DNA from: a virus
Length of the DNA stretch: 64,000 nt
IMG/VR virus record: IMGVR_UViG_3300042197_002946
Span: 86,337 to 150,336 of that record
Strand: one strand, 5' to 3'
Position numbers and translations under genes: made by a program. Positions 12,305 through 23,808 of the stretch are shown piece after piece. The notes beneath the pieces are model-generated. The model did no database searches. It was not told the origin of the DNA and worked only from the letters and a program-made list of their open reading frames with translations. The first letter of the stretch is position 1, and each line of letters starts with the position of its first letter.

Positions 12305-15300
12305 ATGGCAGATCCTAGACCTACTGACGAAACAGGCGGCGCATCGGGAACAAATTCTCCGCCACAAGATACTACTCCACCAACGCCAGATGCTGACACT
12401 CCGGTTGATGAAGCGTCTGGGTCATCAGCAAGCCCACAAGGAGACAAATCAAGTGAAGCCAATACCCCTCCTCCGACTAATAGGAAAATTGCAAAAATAA
12501 AGTGCAACAAACAAGAGTTCTTTTATCCTGCTTTAAAATATCAATTTGGCCCCACAGAGGCTATTCTTATTGAGACTCCGGACCAGTCTGCATATGTAGA
12601 TGCTTTTGGTCTGGTAACCACGGATTATAACGAAGAGTCTAATAGTGGTAAAGTTATTAATAGAATGCGTAAACTATTTGTTAATGCTGATGTTGAAGAT
12701 GATATGGTTTATATGGATCCTGCTAATCTTGGAGATGCGAGAGCTATTTTATATATTAATAGTGTAGTAGCCCTGAATGACACGGGTAGTATGGGCGGAG
12801 ATTCCAATACCAGCCCGTCTTCTAAACTAGTTCCTGTAGCTGCTGCTGAGGAATTTGCTTTATTTACACGAGCAGGAGCATATGGCACTGCTGCTGGACC
12901 AGCATCTGGACTATTAGACATTCTTCTAAAATTAATGTCTCCTCTACAACAGTCTTTTTTAAAAATCGGAAATCAATATATACAAAATAATAGTAATAGT
13001 GCTCCTAATCTAGGTTCTACATCTAGTGTTTTTGATGCTGGTGGTAGAGTTACCCCATCCGATGAGCCCAAAACCCTTGCTGAACAAATTACTCAAAGTT
13101 TTCATACCTCTAAAAACTTATCTTTATCACCTAAGTCCGCTCTGCCAGGATTTGCAGCCGTACCATTAGTATCAAATCAACACGTTTATGGTCCATGGAT
13201 TAATTATCCAGACAAGCAAAAACAAACTATTTTTCCATTTTTGATTAATGATACTAATCGTAATGTTGCTATAGAAAATATGATTGGTCCAATCAATATA
13301 GAAGTTGATAATGATTTAGCTCCTTGGAATTATGGTGGTATGTATGCTCTAGATGTTGCGGTAGAGTTAAAAATACAAGAAAAATCGACCTATCAGCAGT
13401 TTTTAGAAACTGGACAAATTAGTGTACCAGGATATCCTATATTTAGTTTGGGAGATGTATTAACAGAAAGCACTAGTACTATTTTTAATTATCAACCACT
13501 CACCAATTCGTTGGGTGGGGTTAATAGCATCACTATCAATAGAAATCCTAATTTCCAATCACCATCATCTAGTAATATTTCTAATATTCAAGTGAATATT
13601 GGTACACAAAGCGAAACTACATATACTTTTAGAACATATCAATCTAAATTATCGTTATTTAATAAAGACAATTCCGACAGGTTAAAGAAACTCATTGTAG
13701 AATCTAGAAAAAGACAAAAAGAACAACATCAATTAAGCATTGCTCTTTATGATAGGATGAAGAAAAAAAATGATTTAACTTTTAAAACTTCCTTTAGAGA
13801 TTATTTATATGACAGCTTAACTGGTGGTAATAGTCCTGTAGAAATAATGGTAGGGTCTTTTGCTGCATTCGGCAAACAAATTAATACAGATGCATCATCT
13901 GGGAAAGTATCTCCATCAGCAGCGGGGTTGTCGGCCAAGGACAGAACCATAGAAGCTCATCGAGGACAGGTGGGTATTTTCGACGCTAAAGAAATATCGC
14001 GAGAACTAAATAATGCCTATTCGTCTAAATCTATGATGAGCCTGGACGGGTTCTTTTCTCCTGTTTCGTTCTACCCAACACCCCATTCATCAACCATCAG
14101 CTATGTCAAATATGATAGAAAATTCTGTCCTATTTGTAAAGGTAATGGAGTTTATGATAAAGAAGTTAGTCCTACCATGGGCTATCAAAATCAGGTATTT
14201 AAAATAAGATGTGAATACTGCGAAGACAAAAGTAAGCTCCCAGATCTTAAAAACTTCAGCATTGCTGAAAGTTCTCCTCCTTATATTCTTGCTTCTGGTC
14301 TTAGATTAGCGATTCGGGAGCCTACAGGAAATACCACCAATACAGATACTATTATATATGAATATATTAGTGATAAAAGCTTAGTCAACAATCCTAAAAA
14401 ATATTTAGAAGTTTTTGGCAAACGCAATATTAATCTATATAATTTAAATCCTATTATTGTTGCGTCCGGCGAGTTTAGAAATGTTAATGCTTTAGATAAT
14501 GATATGAGTGGGCACGGTATAGAAGTTGTGGCCCGAGGAATGATTGCTCCCAAAAACGCCTTAGATATTGTAGACAATATTGTAGCTGGAGAAGTTATTG
14601 TTAATAATGTTAATGGTAATGTGTTGCACGTATGGAATGATGCTCAAGGAAAGTATGTGCCCAATACCTCGATATTTCCTAATAGGCTTTTAGCCAAAGA
14701 CTTTTTGGATTTAGATTATGAGTTTCGTCGATCATATAATCAAAACGGAGGAGCTGCTGATGCCGGTAATCCTCAACTACCATTATTGAATCAAAGATTT
14801 ATGAGTTTCAGAGGACCAATGGTTGTACATGGCTGGGGTTATGACACCGAAGGTTTCCCCGTACCCAATGCTTCTGGCGAACCCAAGATGGTAGACAGCT
14901 TTGGTCGTCCACACAGAACAAAAGATTTAAAAACATATGGCTCTTTCGATCCTCAAAGTATTGATGCTGGGGATATTATTATTGGTAGAAATCAAGTTTG
15001 GGACGCTGTCAAAAGAGAGTGGTCTAAGCCATACAAAGAAATGGCGTTTTTAGAAAAATGGGGCCAAACTCCGGAAAAATGGCCTGTTGGTCCTATTGAT
15101 TTAAGATGGGATGCTGATAGAAGAGTATGGGTTGCTCCACAGCCCCCAAAAAATGTTTATGTTATTCTAGAAGAAGATTTGGTCCTAGAACGCAATTCTA
15201 GATCAACCTATCCGGCCAGAGGCTTTTTGGACGATATACAATTTTCTAAAGATCCTTTACCAGTAGGCTTAAGGAGAGTGGTCTTTGTAAAGGATTACTC

Positions 15301-15592
15301 AGGATATACTGCTCCACGAGGAGCCAAGCTATATTGTAAATATAACGGAGACACTGGATTTTATGAGCCCATTTCAAAGCCTCAAATTATTGCTTCCGGA
15401 GTTATCCAGCAAGGCTTTAATGCTACTATTTATTCGACATACGCAGTACCTAATAATACAAGAACTCAGGACGTTACCAAAATTAATATACAGTTCGTTA
15501 ATCATTTGAATTTAGAAGCCAAGCCCAATCATAGAGCCCTGTTTATCTATATGGAGGGAGCCTGGAGTTTAATGACTGTAGGAAGACCATGA
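12305..15592 (+). CDS. Large putative structural protein with a CxxCxGxG...CxxC zinc-finger-like insertion
   Basis: 1095 aa. CPICKGNG...CEYC at ~14126-14221. Low-complexity N-terminus. Confidence 0.5.
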   Translation: MADPRPTDETGGASGTNSPPQDTTPPTPDADTPVDEASGSSASPQGDKSSEANTPPPTNRKIAKIKCNKQEFFYPALKYQFGPTEAILIETPDQSAYVDAFGLVTTDYNEESNSGKVINRMRKLFVNADVEDDMVYMDPANLGDARAILYINSVVALNDTGSMGGDSNTSPSSKLVPVAAAEEFALFTRAGAYGTAAGPASGLLDILLKLMSPLQQSFLKIGNQYIQNNSNSAPNLGSTSSVFDAGGRVTPSDEPKTLAEQITQSFHTSKNLSLSPKSALPGFAAVPLVSNQHVYGPWINYPDKQKQTIFPFLINDTNRNVAIENMIGPINIEVDNDLAPWNYGGMYALDVAVELKIQEKSTYQQFLETGQISVPGYPIFSLGDVLTESTSTIFNYQPLTNSLGGVNSITINRNPNFQSPSSSNISNIQVNIGTQSETTYTFRTYQSKLSLFNKDNSDRLKKLIVESRKRQKEQHQLSIALYDRMKKKNDLTFKTSFRDYLYDSLTGGNSPVEIMVGSFAAFGKQINTDASSGKVSPSAAGLSAKDRTIEAHRGQVGIFDAKEISRELNNAYSSKSMMSLDGFFSPVSFYPTPHSSTISYVKYDRKFCPICKGNGVYDKEVSPTMGYQNQVFKIRCEYCEDKSKLPDLKNFSIAESSPPYILASGLRLAIREPTGNTTNTDTIIYEYISDKSLVNNPKKYLEVFGKRNINLYNLNPIIVASGEFRNVNALDNDMSGHGIEVVARGMIAPKNALDIVDNIVAGEVIVNNVNGNVLHVWNDAQGKYVPNTSIFPNRLLAKDFLDLDYEFRRSYNQNGGAADAGNPQLPLLNQRFMSFRGPMVVHGWGYDTEGFPVPNASGEPKMVDSFGRPHRTKDLKTYGSFDPQSIDAGDIIIGRNQVWDAVKREWSKPYKEMAFLEKWGQTPEKWPVGPIDLRWDADRRVWVAPQPPKNVYVILEEDLVLERNSRSTYPARGFLDDIQFSKDPLPVGLRRVVFVKDYSGYTAPRGAKLYCKYNGDTGFYEPISKPQIIASGVIQQGFNATIYSTYAVPNNTRTQDVTKINIQFVNHLNLEAKPNHRALFIYMEGAWSLMTVGRP

Positions 15593-15972
15593 TAGAGAAT
15601 ATAGAATCTATAGCTTATGATAATGTAGAACTATTAAATGATAGTGCTTTTATTATTGAAGCTCATAGATTAATAGATAATCATATTGAAAATATCAAAC
15701 AGCAACTTATTACTGCTATAGCAATTCAAACCAATAAAACTCAAAAATTAGAGTTCAGAGATTTGGTTATATCCGAAACAGAAAATTTCTTGGAACAATT
15801 TAAAAACGAATTCAAACAAGCCATAGCCGTGTTATCTCACTTATCTGATGTAGAGAATAAAGCTAATTTAGCGACTGCTATGGATTGGTATAAAAATATT
15901 AATGAAAAAATCACCAATGAATTGTATCAGGTGCTTACTATATTATTGAATAAAATAAATACGCTGGAATAA
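15589..15972 (+). CDS. Hypothetical helical protein
   Basis: 127 aa; ATGA overlap with the upstream gene. Confidence 0.6.
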   Translation: MIENIESIAYDNVELLNDSAFIIEAHRLIDNHIENIKQQLITAIAIQTNKTQKLEFRDLVISETENFLEQFKNEFKQAIAVLSHLSDVENKANLATAMDWYKNINEKITNELYQVLTILLNKINTLE

Positions 15973-15974
15973 TT

Positions 15975-18900
15975 ATGGCTACTAACCCCGTCAGATTTGA
16001 AGCTACAGCATTTGTTGCTACCGCACAACAATTACTTTCTATAGCCGCACAAAATGTTTATAACTCTTATCCACCATATAATTTAGACATATACAATAGC
16101 TATATTCAGCAAACCAGATTGCCAGCTCCTCCTAGGTTTATTCCTAGACCTATTCCATCTCCTTTATCAGCCGATCAGACTATCCCCATTTTGAAGCCCA
16201 ATATTCAAAATAAAATTGAAGGAGATATGTTATCATATGGGAATCATCATTGTGATATTTTTGCATCAGATTGGGACTATGATCTAGATTGGGATTCTTT
16301 ACAAGAGAATCAAATTACTATTAATCAACTATTACAATCACAAATTACCCAATATAGTCCAGCTATTAGCGGTATATGGAGACCATTCTTTTTATATGTT
16401 GATGCTCAAAATAAATCTATTAAAAATACTTTTGTAACCCGTTCGGCTTCTGCTCAGGAAGATACCTATGAGGCTGGATTAAAATGGGAAAATTTTATTA
16501 CTATACAAAATCCGACATTAAAAAACTGGTTATTAAGCGGAGGCACAACATTTAAGATAGACTGGAAAATAGATAAAGATAATTTTTTAACTGCACCAGT
16601 ATTAGGGCTATTATTTTGGTATAGATATTATGATGTTAATAGAGAGACTAATATTAAAAAAACATATGAAATTAAACCGTATACAGAAACAGTATCTCAG
16701 TTAGATCTACCAGGCATTAGATATAATAATATAGATTATGTAGCACAAACTGGTTTAACAGAATATGCGAATACAGCTTCTCATGTGAATGTAGAAAGAT
16801 ACGGTTTACATTCTGAACTAGTCAGCGGTGACAGAGTATTGATCAAAGAGGCTGGCAAAGATTATATTTATGAAGTTAATGAGGGCTATTGGGAAAATTT
16901 AGGAGAAAAACGATTTATTAACGGGGTGGACATTTATGTTCCGGAAGATCAGTTTACTGTATACTTTGAGAGCGTAGCCGATAAGGACGACTGGTTCGGA
17001 GGAAAACCTGATGAGATAAGTAGTTTTTCCTATCCTAAGACTAGTCTAAAAACAAAAGATATAGATAAATACTCTAATATGCTTAATAAATTATTAAACT
17101 TTGAAGATAATATTGGTTTACAAAATTTATTTCAATTATCTCCAGCAGGCCCAGAAAATGATTCTACAAGCTCTGATGATGACGAAGATGAGGAAGAACC
17201 ATCTTTTATTGCGGGTATTTATTTGGATAAACAACAACAAGCTGATTACATAGCAGTTAAAAACTTAGCAAGATTTTTATGTACAGCACCTGTTGCTAAC
17301 TCAGAATATATTAAAGCTACAACTATTAATCTTAGTAATCTAAATTTTAAAAACTTTGCCAATATTTATGCTGTCAAAACCGACTTAGAAAATATTTTTG
17401 GATACAATATATCTCAACCTTCTGTTACTGTGGGTGATCGTATCACACAACCTATGCTGGGGAATGTTCCCATGAAAGCAGGTAGTGCTGCCCCAAGCAT
17501 TATGACCTCTGAATATACTGCAAATATCAAAGCCCAAAATGGATTATTGAAATCTTTTGATCAAAATTTCATCTATACAAAAAAAGACTTGCTAAGAGCA
17601 TTATTCCAAAAGAATAAAAAGAATAGATTTATAGAATTTCCTAAAGGACAAAAAACCAAACTAGTATCTAAATTTAACATAAACGAGCCTCATTTGCGCA
17701 TCGTAATGGATTTTCAGGATGTCAAAACATTAGGAGTAAGAAACTTCCAGACAGGTGACACGGTAGACGGTGATGGTCTTGGTGGGGTGTGGTACAAACA
17801 AAGAATCAATGTTGCTGGATTAGAATTATATACCAGATTAAAATTTCCTGACGAAAGCGCTCTTGGACCTAATGAAAAAGAAGCGTTGGTGCTGAAATAT
17901 ATAGACAAAAATAATCAGGATGACAATAAAACAGAAGTGCCGATTATTATGGCTAGCGATACTATCAATAGCTCTAAAGAATATTATAATCAAGTTATTA
18001 ATAGCGTATACGAAAAATTTGGTATAGCTAGACTATTTCAACAAAAATATAATTTGGAAAATAGCTTATTAATAAGCGATAATTCTGGTGAGTATTATGA
18101 TGTATTGTTAACTAATAATAATGGTCAATCTCTCAAAATATTTAAAAATACCACTTACCAAGAAAACCAAACTTTTGATAATGCTGTTCGTTTTTTTAAA
18201 TACACAATCGACGAATATGCTAAAAATGTTCCCAAATTTGAAGAGACGAATAGGCTGGTGGAGCAAAGATTCAACGAAAGAGCCACTGGATCCAAAGGCG
18301 GAATATTACCAAATATTAAAGAAGTATACATGCATAGGATTGGTGGGTTTTATTTACAAGATATTTCTTTTTTAACTGTAGGAGTAAATAAATTTTGGAG
18401 GTCTAGGACAGCCCCTGCGCCCATAGGACAAGCACAATACTTTTTACCCAAAAGCATCAGAGCAGACATCGCTGCAAAACCTCTTGATAGTAAAAACATT
18501 ACCATAGAATTTGAATGTGGTAAAGACACAACAATAGAATTATATGGAATTAATGTTACTAGCCTTAGGGACGACACCTTGGAAAGAGCCTCTTGCAGAC
18601 CATTTCCTAATAAAATTCCAGTTTATGGTGATGAGATTAGCGTTTACAATGCTGCCATAGGTTTTGATTTTAATGAATCTAGTCATTTATTAAGCACACA
18701 ATTTGCACCACCCATAGTAGCATACGGTGGACATAGATCGGAAGATATTGATGTGCTAGGATTAAATATACCAGGACATCCCAAACCAATTAGTGCCACT
18801 AACAGTAACTATTTGATCAAACAAGAAAATATTCTACCACAAGCCGCTAAAAATTCATCCTACTATAATCGCAATCAAGATCAATTAACTACAGCGGCTA

Positions 18901-21900
18901 GATCTATTGGTAGAAGTGTTTTGAGAGATAAATCTTTAGTAAAATGTTTTTTAACACCAACCAATTTTACTAACGAAATTACATTTAGAAAAGGTTTTTT
19001 TCATCCAAATAAAGGATGGATCGACTATACCGTACTTCCGCCTGATTTGCAAAATAAAACTGCAGCCAAGAGCATAAGCGATTCTCCTTGTAGGATATAT
19101 ACTGGCGCAGGAGCTTTGTTTAGAGAATTAACTCTGACCGTAGCAGACGACAATGCTAAACCAGACATTCCTACGAAAGGTAAAGACTACAGTATTATTA
19201 CTAGAGACCCTATGGAAATATACGGCGATGGAAATAGGGCTGCGAGAGCTTTTCCTAATATATTGACTATAGATCTTGATCCAAATACTAATTTTATTAC
19301 ACATATAAGCGCTACGCTTAAAAATTTAACACATCCTGTACCCAAAGAATTAAAAATTGCATTATTTGATTCTCTGGAACAACGATGGATAGCTTTCAAT
19401 TATATTAAGGCTGAGTTAGAAGCTAGAATGAATAATAAGGCTGCTCAAGAAGATCCAAACTTTCAGGCCAAAATACAAAAACAAATTGCCAGAGAAAAAA
19501 ACGCATGGATCGGATCATGGGAAACTAAGCCTCGAACATCTCCTAGGCATTTATTATTTCATTCGTCTCTATTAAATTATAGTAGTAATTTTAATGCATT
19601 CTTTACTAATTTTTCACGCAAAAATATAGATTATGCTTTTAGTAATGATTTTATAGCCCCGGCACAAAGTTTAGACTATTATATTGGTACTAGCGCTACA
19701 TATACTGGTTTTTGGAATTATGATGGGCCAATCCCTGATGGAATTAACCCTGATGATATAGATGCAGGAACGCCGCCTCCTGAAGCCCCTCCATTTGTAG
19801 GAGAACCCTCCACAGAGGTAGGTAAAACATGGGGTATATCTGCATCCGATATGGGAGCCGAGGACGAAGGCGGTTCGTGTTTGGACTTACAAGTATGTAC
19901 CGGATGTCCTGTGGCTGGATATACTCAATCTTATATTTTTAATCGTTTTCATTACAATAATGAAACATTTAATATGGGTTATCCTGCTGGATATAATTTT
20001 ATTGCTAATTTTAGAAATAAAAAACATCTGTTACCACCCATCAATTTAGATGCTCCATACACTACTATAAATCCAGAATACCCAAAACAGAATGTTGGAT
20101 CTTCTTCAGCTTATGGAGTGCAATTAGGATGTATCCCACAACCGGATCCTCCTAGGCCACGAGAAACTGTTTTACCAGAATTTAAGCCAGAGCCTATTTT
20201 TGTACCTCCCTTTCATCCATCTATTGTTGGACTCTTAACCTATATGGGTATCGCAAATGCTCTACAGGCTCAAGGCTATGGCTGGGATTTGGGTTTTTTA
20301 ACTGGTGTATTTTTTCCAAGCCCATTTTATTTTGGTACTACCAGAAGAGAAAAATTGGGCAGATATATGGAGAATAAGGGATATCTTCAAATCGAAGGAT
20401 CGACAGACGATGCTAAACAGCTTTTTGGCTTTCAGGTTCGTGATATAGGCTTGTACGACGATGCTCCATTTGGCCAAGCAGACAAAGTTCAGCTAGAAAT
20501 CAAACATCCTAATGGATTATGGTATAATGTAGAAGCTGATATATTTAAGTATTCTTCTCATTGTTCCCCGGTATTGGAGAATACTAAATTCAATTATTTG
20601 AAACATAATAAATATTTAACAGAGGATGAGTCCGAAGACCAGAATTTTACCAAACCATTGAGTTATCCAGGCTTTGATTTTCATGTTAATTCTATGCTTA
20701 ATACTGACAGAATGAGTATAGATGGAGTAAGAGCATATTATAGTTTTATGAAGGGAGAGGTAGTGGAGCTGAACTACAAAACTATTTATACTGCTATTAC
20801 ATCGCAAGATCAAGGGAATTGTGTTGAATGTAAGAAAACCGAGAAGATAGAATCTCATAAAATTAATATTACTATTAAAGATATTTATATTGAAACTATT
20901 AATAATCCATGGTATAAGGAAACAGAGATTAAAGTACAAGACCCTTCTGTAATAGAAGTTAGCTTAAAACCACCAGAAATACTATATCCTGACGACTTCA
21001 TTGATGAAACATCTAATGTTTCTAAAATTGTCAATCCTAGAGTTATTATTCAATTTGAACCACCTATAGATTTAACCAATAATGATCCTAATTCCGTTGG
21101 ACCAAAAGCCTATTTAGAAGGGGTTATTCACAAAGCTGCTACAGGGAGTCAATGTACGTCCTTTTTATTATTTGACCCTATCGTGACAGATGGTAAAATT
21201 GCACCTAGTGGAAACATTAATTATAAAAGAGGAGAAAACGATACTTCTGAACCATTTATGTATGCTGGAGACAAAGAAATTGGAGGGCTAACATATAGCA
21301 ATAATGCTGATATAGTCAACTTTGGTAAATGGTCAAATGTTAGGGACAGGAATTTGGGCACTTTTACATCATCATATATTTTTGATCAATTATATGCTGA
21401 GGGAGGACTAGGCTGGGGTACTAATTTAATCAAACCGGAGTCTTTACCAGTCATAGGGAATCAAGAAAAATATCCTACATTATTAGATTTAGATTATCAC
21501 TATAGCAAAACAAATTATTGTGGTAGGGTTAAATTTACAAAAGGCTATGACCCAACAAAAACACATACAGGATATGTTAAATTTAATCCTAGATTAGTAT
21601 ACAACGGTATGGCTAAGCACCCATATACTCAAACCAGAGAAGATAATTTAATTTCATTTACTGGCTATCCTAGACCTCTGGATATTATTCCTAATAGAAT
21701 TTATGCGCATAATGTTTTAAATATATCTGAACAAAATGCTTCTGTTTTAAATATAGATGCTGGAGAAATGCATCAAAGATATAAGTATAATCCAGAAACA
21801 TTAGATTATTATCTACCTTTCTATGACTTAACTTTAGACAATCAGATTTTAGACGAGGATTTGGCATCTCAGAAACCAGCCAAACAAGGACAGATATCAG

Positions 21901-22700
21901 CATCTAGCGGTATTATACAAATAGAAAATATATTTAATAATAAAAAAGCTATAATTTATGATAATAATTATTATTGGATTAGTATTCCTGCTGAAGCCAC
22001 CGGAGTTATTAGTGGATCATCTAAAATACCAGTAGCTGTGATACAAAAATGTTTTCATTCTAAAGCCACATTCTCTTTCTGTTCAAATATGTGTAATACC
22101 GAAGGTCGTGGTCCTGTATGGCCTGATTTTGATAAAACAGATACCAATTCACATGAAAGTATTTATAAACTTCCAAGCGAGTCCGTACCAAGAGCCACAG
22201 ACGTTACATACGAAGAAAGACAAACCAAACAAACCTACTACGTTGGTTGTGGAGAGACATCTAACGATTCTCTGGTTAGAATGGATGTTATACAGGTCTA
22301 TGAGGTTCCTGTGCAGAGCCATACATATGTGCCGGTTTCTGAGCTATTAGCCGAACCCAATGAGATCACTGTAAGATTTAAATATTTGCCACGTAAAATA
22401 CCAACAGATTTTAAGGTTACATTAGGCAATAATATTGTTAATCAAAGCCAGCTATATTTATGGGAATGTCATAAAACTAATGTCAGACACTTGTATAATT
22501 CTACAACAATTACCAATACTCCTCCGTTCTATCAGATTCTTAATGAGATGATTTTTCGATCATGGTTTGGAGAAAGACAAAAAATATCATTACAAGAAAC
22601 CTATGATAGACAAATTTTTATGACACAGAACCATTACAAATGGGTTCCTTACGATTATGATGATAGTGGAAAGTTTACCAGTGAGAGAAATATTCAATGA
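15975..22700 (+). CDS. Very large putative tail/virion protein with a P-proprotein-like domain
   Basis: 2241 aa. LVSGDRVLIKE...YEV..GYW resembles a phage tail-fibre motif. ITHISATLKNLTH...LKIAL and GKTWGISASD...DEGG resemble the two halves of a proprotein-convertase P domain. Confidence 0.55.
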   Translation: MATNPVRFEATAFVATAQQLLSIAAQNVYNSYPPYNLDIYNSYIQQTRLPAPPRFIPRPIPSPLSADQTIPILKPNIQNKIEGDMLSYGNHHCDIFASDWDYDLDWDSLQENQITINQLLQSQITQYSPAISGIWRPFFLYVDAQNKSIKNTFVTRSASAQEDTYEAGLKWENFITIQNPTLKNWLLSGGTTFKIDWKIDKDNFLTAPVLGLLFWYRYYDVNRETNIKKTYEIKPYTETVSQLDLPGIRYNNIDYVAQTGLTEYANTASHVNVERYGLHSELVSGDRVLIKEAGKDYIYEVNEGYWENLGEKRFINGVDIYVPEDQFTVYFESVADKDDWFGGKPDEISSFSYPKTSLKTKDIDKYSNMLNKLLNFEDNIGLQNLFQLSPAGPENDSTSSDDDEDEEEPSFIAGIYLDKQQQADYIAVKNLARFLCTAPVANSEYIKATTINLSNLNFKNFANIYAVKTDLENIFGYNISQPSVTVGDRITQPMLGNVPMKAGSAAPSIMTSEYTANIKAQNGLLKSFDQNFIYTKKDLLRALFQKNKKNRFIEFPKGQKTKLVSKFNINEPHLRIVMDFQDVKTLGVRNFQTGDTVDGDGLGGVWYKQRINVAGLELYTRLKFPDESALGPNEKEALVLKYIDKNNQDDNKTEVPIIMASDTINSSKEYYNQVINSVYEKFGIARLFQQKYNLENSLLISDNSGEYYDVLLTNNNGQSLKIFKNTTYQENQTFDNAVRFFKYTIDEYAKNVPKFEETNRLVEQRFNERATGSKGGILPNIKEVYMHRIGGFYLQDISFLTVGVNKFWRSRTAPAPIGQAQYFLPKSIRADIAAKPLDSKNITIEFECGKDTTIELYGINVTSLRDDTLERASCRPFPNKIPVYGDEISVYNAAIGFDFNESSHLLSTQFAPPIVAYGGHRSEDIDVLGLNIPGHPKPISATNSNYLIKQENILPQAAKNSSYYNRNQDQLTTAARSIGRSVLRDKSLVKCFLTPTNFTNEITFRKGFFHPNKGWIDYTVLPPDLQNKTAAKSISDSPCRIYTGAGALFRELTLTVADDNAKPDIPTKGKDYSIITRDPMEIYGDGNRAARAFPNILTIDLDPNTNFITHISATLKNLTHPVPKELKIALFDSLEQRWIAFNYIKAELEARMNNKAAQEDPNFQAKIQKQIAREKNAWIGSWETKPRTSPRHLLFHSSLLNYSSNFNAFFTNFSRKNIDYAFSNDFIAPAQSLDYYIGTSATYTGFWNYDGPIPDGINPDDIDAGTPPPEAPPFVGEPSTEVGKTWGISASDMGAEDEGGSCLDLQVCTGCPVAGYTQSYIFNRFHYNNETFNMGYPAGYNFIANFRNKKHLLPPINLDAPYTTINPEYPKQNVGSSSAYGVQLGCIPQPDPPRPRETVLPEFKPEPIFVPPFHPSIVGLLTYMGIANALQAQGYGWDLGFLTGVFFPSPFYFGTTRREKLGRYMENKGYLQIEGSTDDAKQLFGFQVRDIGLYDDAPFGQADKVQLEIKHPNGLWYNVEADIFKYSSHCSPVLENTKFNYLKHNKYLTEDESEDQNFTKPLSYPGFDFHVNSMLNTDRMSIDGVRAYYSFMKGEVVELNYKTIYTAITSQDQGNCVECKKTEKIESHKINITIKDIYIETINNPWYKETEIKVQDPSVIEVSLKPPEILYPDDFIDETSNVSKIVNPRVIIQFEPPIDLTNNDPNSVGPKAYLEGVIHKAATGSQCTSFLLFDPIVTDGKIAPSGNINYKRGENDTSEPFMYAGDKEIGGLTYSNNADIVNFGKWSNVRDRNLGTFTSSYIFDQLYAEGGLGWGTNLIKPESLPVIGNQEKYPTLLDLDYHYSKTNYCGRVKFTKGYDPTKTHTGYVKFNPRLVYNGMAKHPYTQTREDNLISFTGYPRPLDIIPNRIYAHNVLNISEQNASVLNIDAGEMHQRYKYNPETLDYYLPFYDLTLDNQILDEDLASQKPAKQGQISASSGIIQIENIFNNKKAIIYDNNYYWISIPAEATGVISGSSKIPVAVIQKCFHSKATFSFCSNMCNTEGRGPVWPDFDKTDTNSHESIYKLPSESVPRATDVTYEERQTKQTYYVGCGETSNDSLVRMDVIQVYEVPVQSHTYVPVSELLAEPNEITVRFKYLPRKIPTDFKVTLGNNIVNQSQLYLWECHKTNVRHLYNSTTITNTPPFYQILNEMIFRSWFGERQKISLQETYDRQIFMTQNHYKWVPYDYDDSGKFTSERNIQ

Positions 22701-23110
22701 ATGTATATGATTTAATGTGTGAATTTATTAGAATAGAACAATTTAAATACAAGTGTAGACTATGCGGATCTGTTGCTATGAGTTTTGATCCTCTGGAGTA
22801 TCCATCTATTATATGTTCAAAAAAAATAGAGCTATTTCCTCCTGATCAATATGGTATTCAATTCAAACCCATAGATCCCGAAATGAGTACAGAAACCCAA
22901 ATAAAAGAGGATCAGGCTATAGATGATATAAAGAAATGTTTAACAGAAGAAATAGAACATAGATTTACCATATGTTCTAGTTGTGAATATTATAAAAATA
23001 GTACTTGTGAAAAATGTGGATGCTATGCTGTTAGAGATAAAATATATATGAATAAACTTGCATGGAAAGATCAGGAGTGTCCCATTGGTAAGTGGAAAAA
23101 ACTGATCTAA
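22697..23110 (+). CDS. Cys-rich protein with a DUF6171-like C-terminus
   Basis: RFTICSSC...CEKCGC...KLAW...CPIGKW pattern; N-terminal CRLC. Confidence 0.6.
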   Translation: MNVYDLMCEFIRIEQFKYKCRLCGSVAMSFDPLEYPSIICSKKIELFPPDQYGIQFKPIDPEMSTETQIKEDQAIDDIKKCLTEEIEHRFTICSSCEYYKNSTCEKCGCYAVRDKIYMNKLAWKDQECPIGKWKKLI

Positions 23111-23808
23111 ATATATTTTGGATTTTGTTGTATTAGGGCTGGCATCAGCCAATATGATTTAATTTGAGGATATTTACTTAGCAAATAATTAAATTCCCAA
23201 TCTATCGGCAAGCCTATTTTATGTTCAACTAGTTTGTCTTGTAAAAATTTAGCAGTATCTCTTTTAAGTAGGATGCAGTCTGTGTATCTTGATTTTTGAA
23301 TATGGAAAAATCTAGTATTGACACACTCTAGTGGGGTGGGACTATCGTATCCACAAACATCACGATAAGTACAATCTAGCGGTTTTTTTCCAGTAGACAC
23401 CCATACGATATCAGCATCGTGCGGTATTTCATTAATCATAACAGCAAACTCTGTATCGAAGCTATCTTTGTTTGGAATATAGATATCATCTTCACATATC
23501 AAAGACCAATTGTTGTCATTATTGTTTGAGATACGAGATAGACAAGATAAATGATTTAAGCATAAAGAAAATTGCTTTTTATTTATCATTATATTACCTT
23601 CATTCCAACCAGTTACGGATATTCTCTCATCTGGCCATGTCCAAAAAGAATAGTAGTGATCATCAGAGATGTTTTTTGTATGATATGGATATCTGTATCG
23701 TATTTTATCTGGGCTAGAAACAAAACGAGCTAGACAAGCTAGCTCGCTCTGTAAATCTTGATATCTGTCTGACAATGTGTCAGCAATAATATAGATATTC
23801 TCTAACAT
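23107..23808 (-). CDS. Glycosyltransferase family 25-like protein
   Basis: CLNH...LICEDD...PIDW motifs typical of GT25. Confidence 0.65.
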   Translation of the reverse strand: MLENIYIIADTLSDRYQDLQSELACLARFVSSPDKIRYRYPYHTKNISDDHYYSFWTWPDERISVTGWNEGNIMINKKQFSLCLNHLSCLSRISNNNDNNWSLICEDDIYIPNKDSFDTEFAVMINEIPHDADIVWVSTGKKPLDCTYRDVCGYDSPTPLECVNTRFFHIQKSRYTDCILLKRDTAKFLQDKLVEHKIGLPIDWEFNYLLSKYPQIKSYWLMPALIQQNPKYI

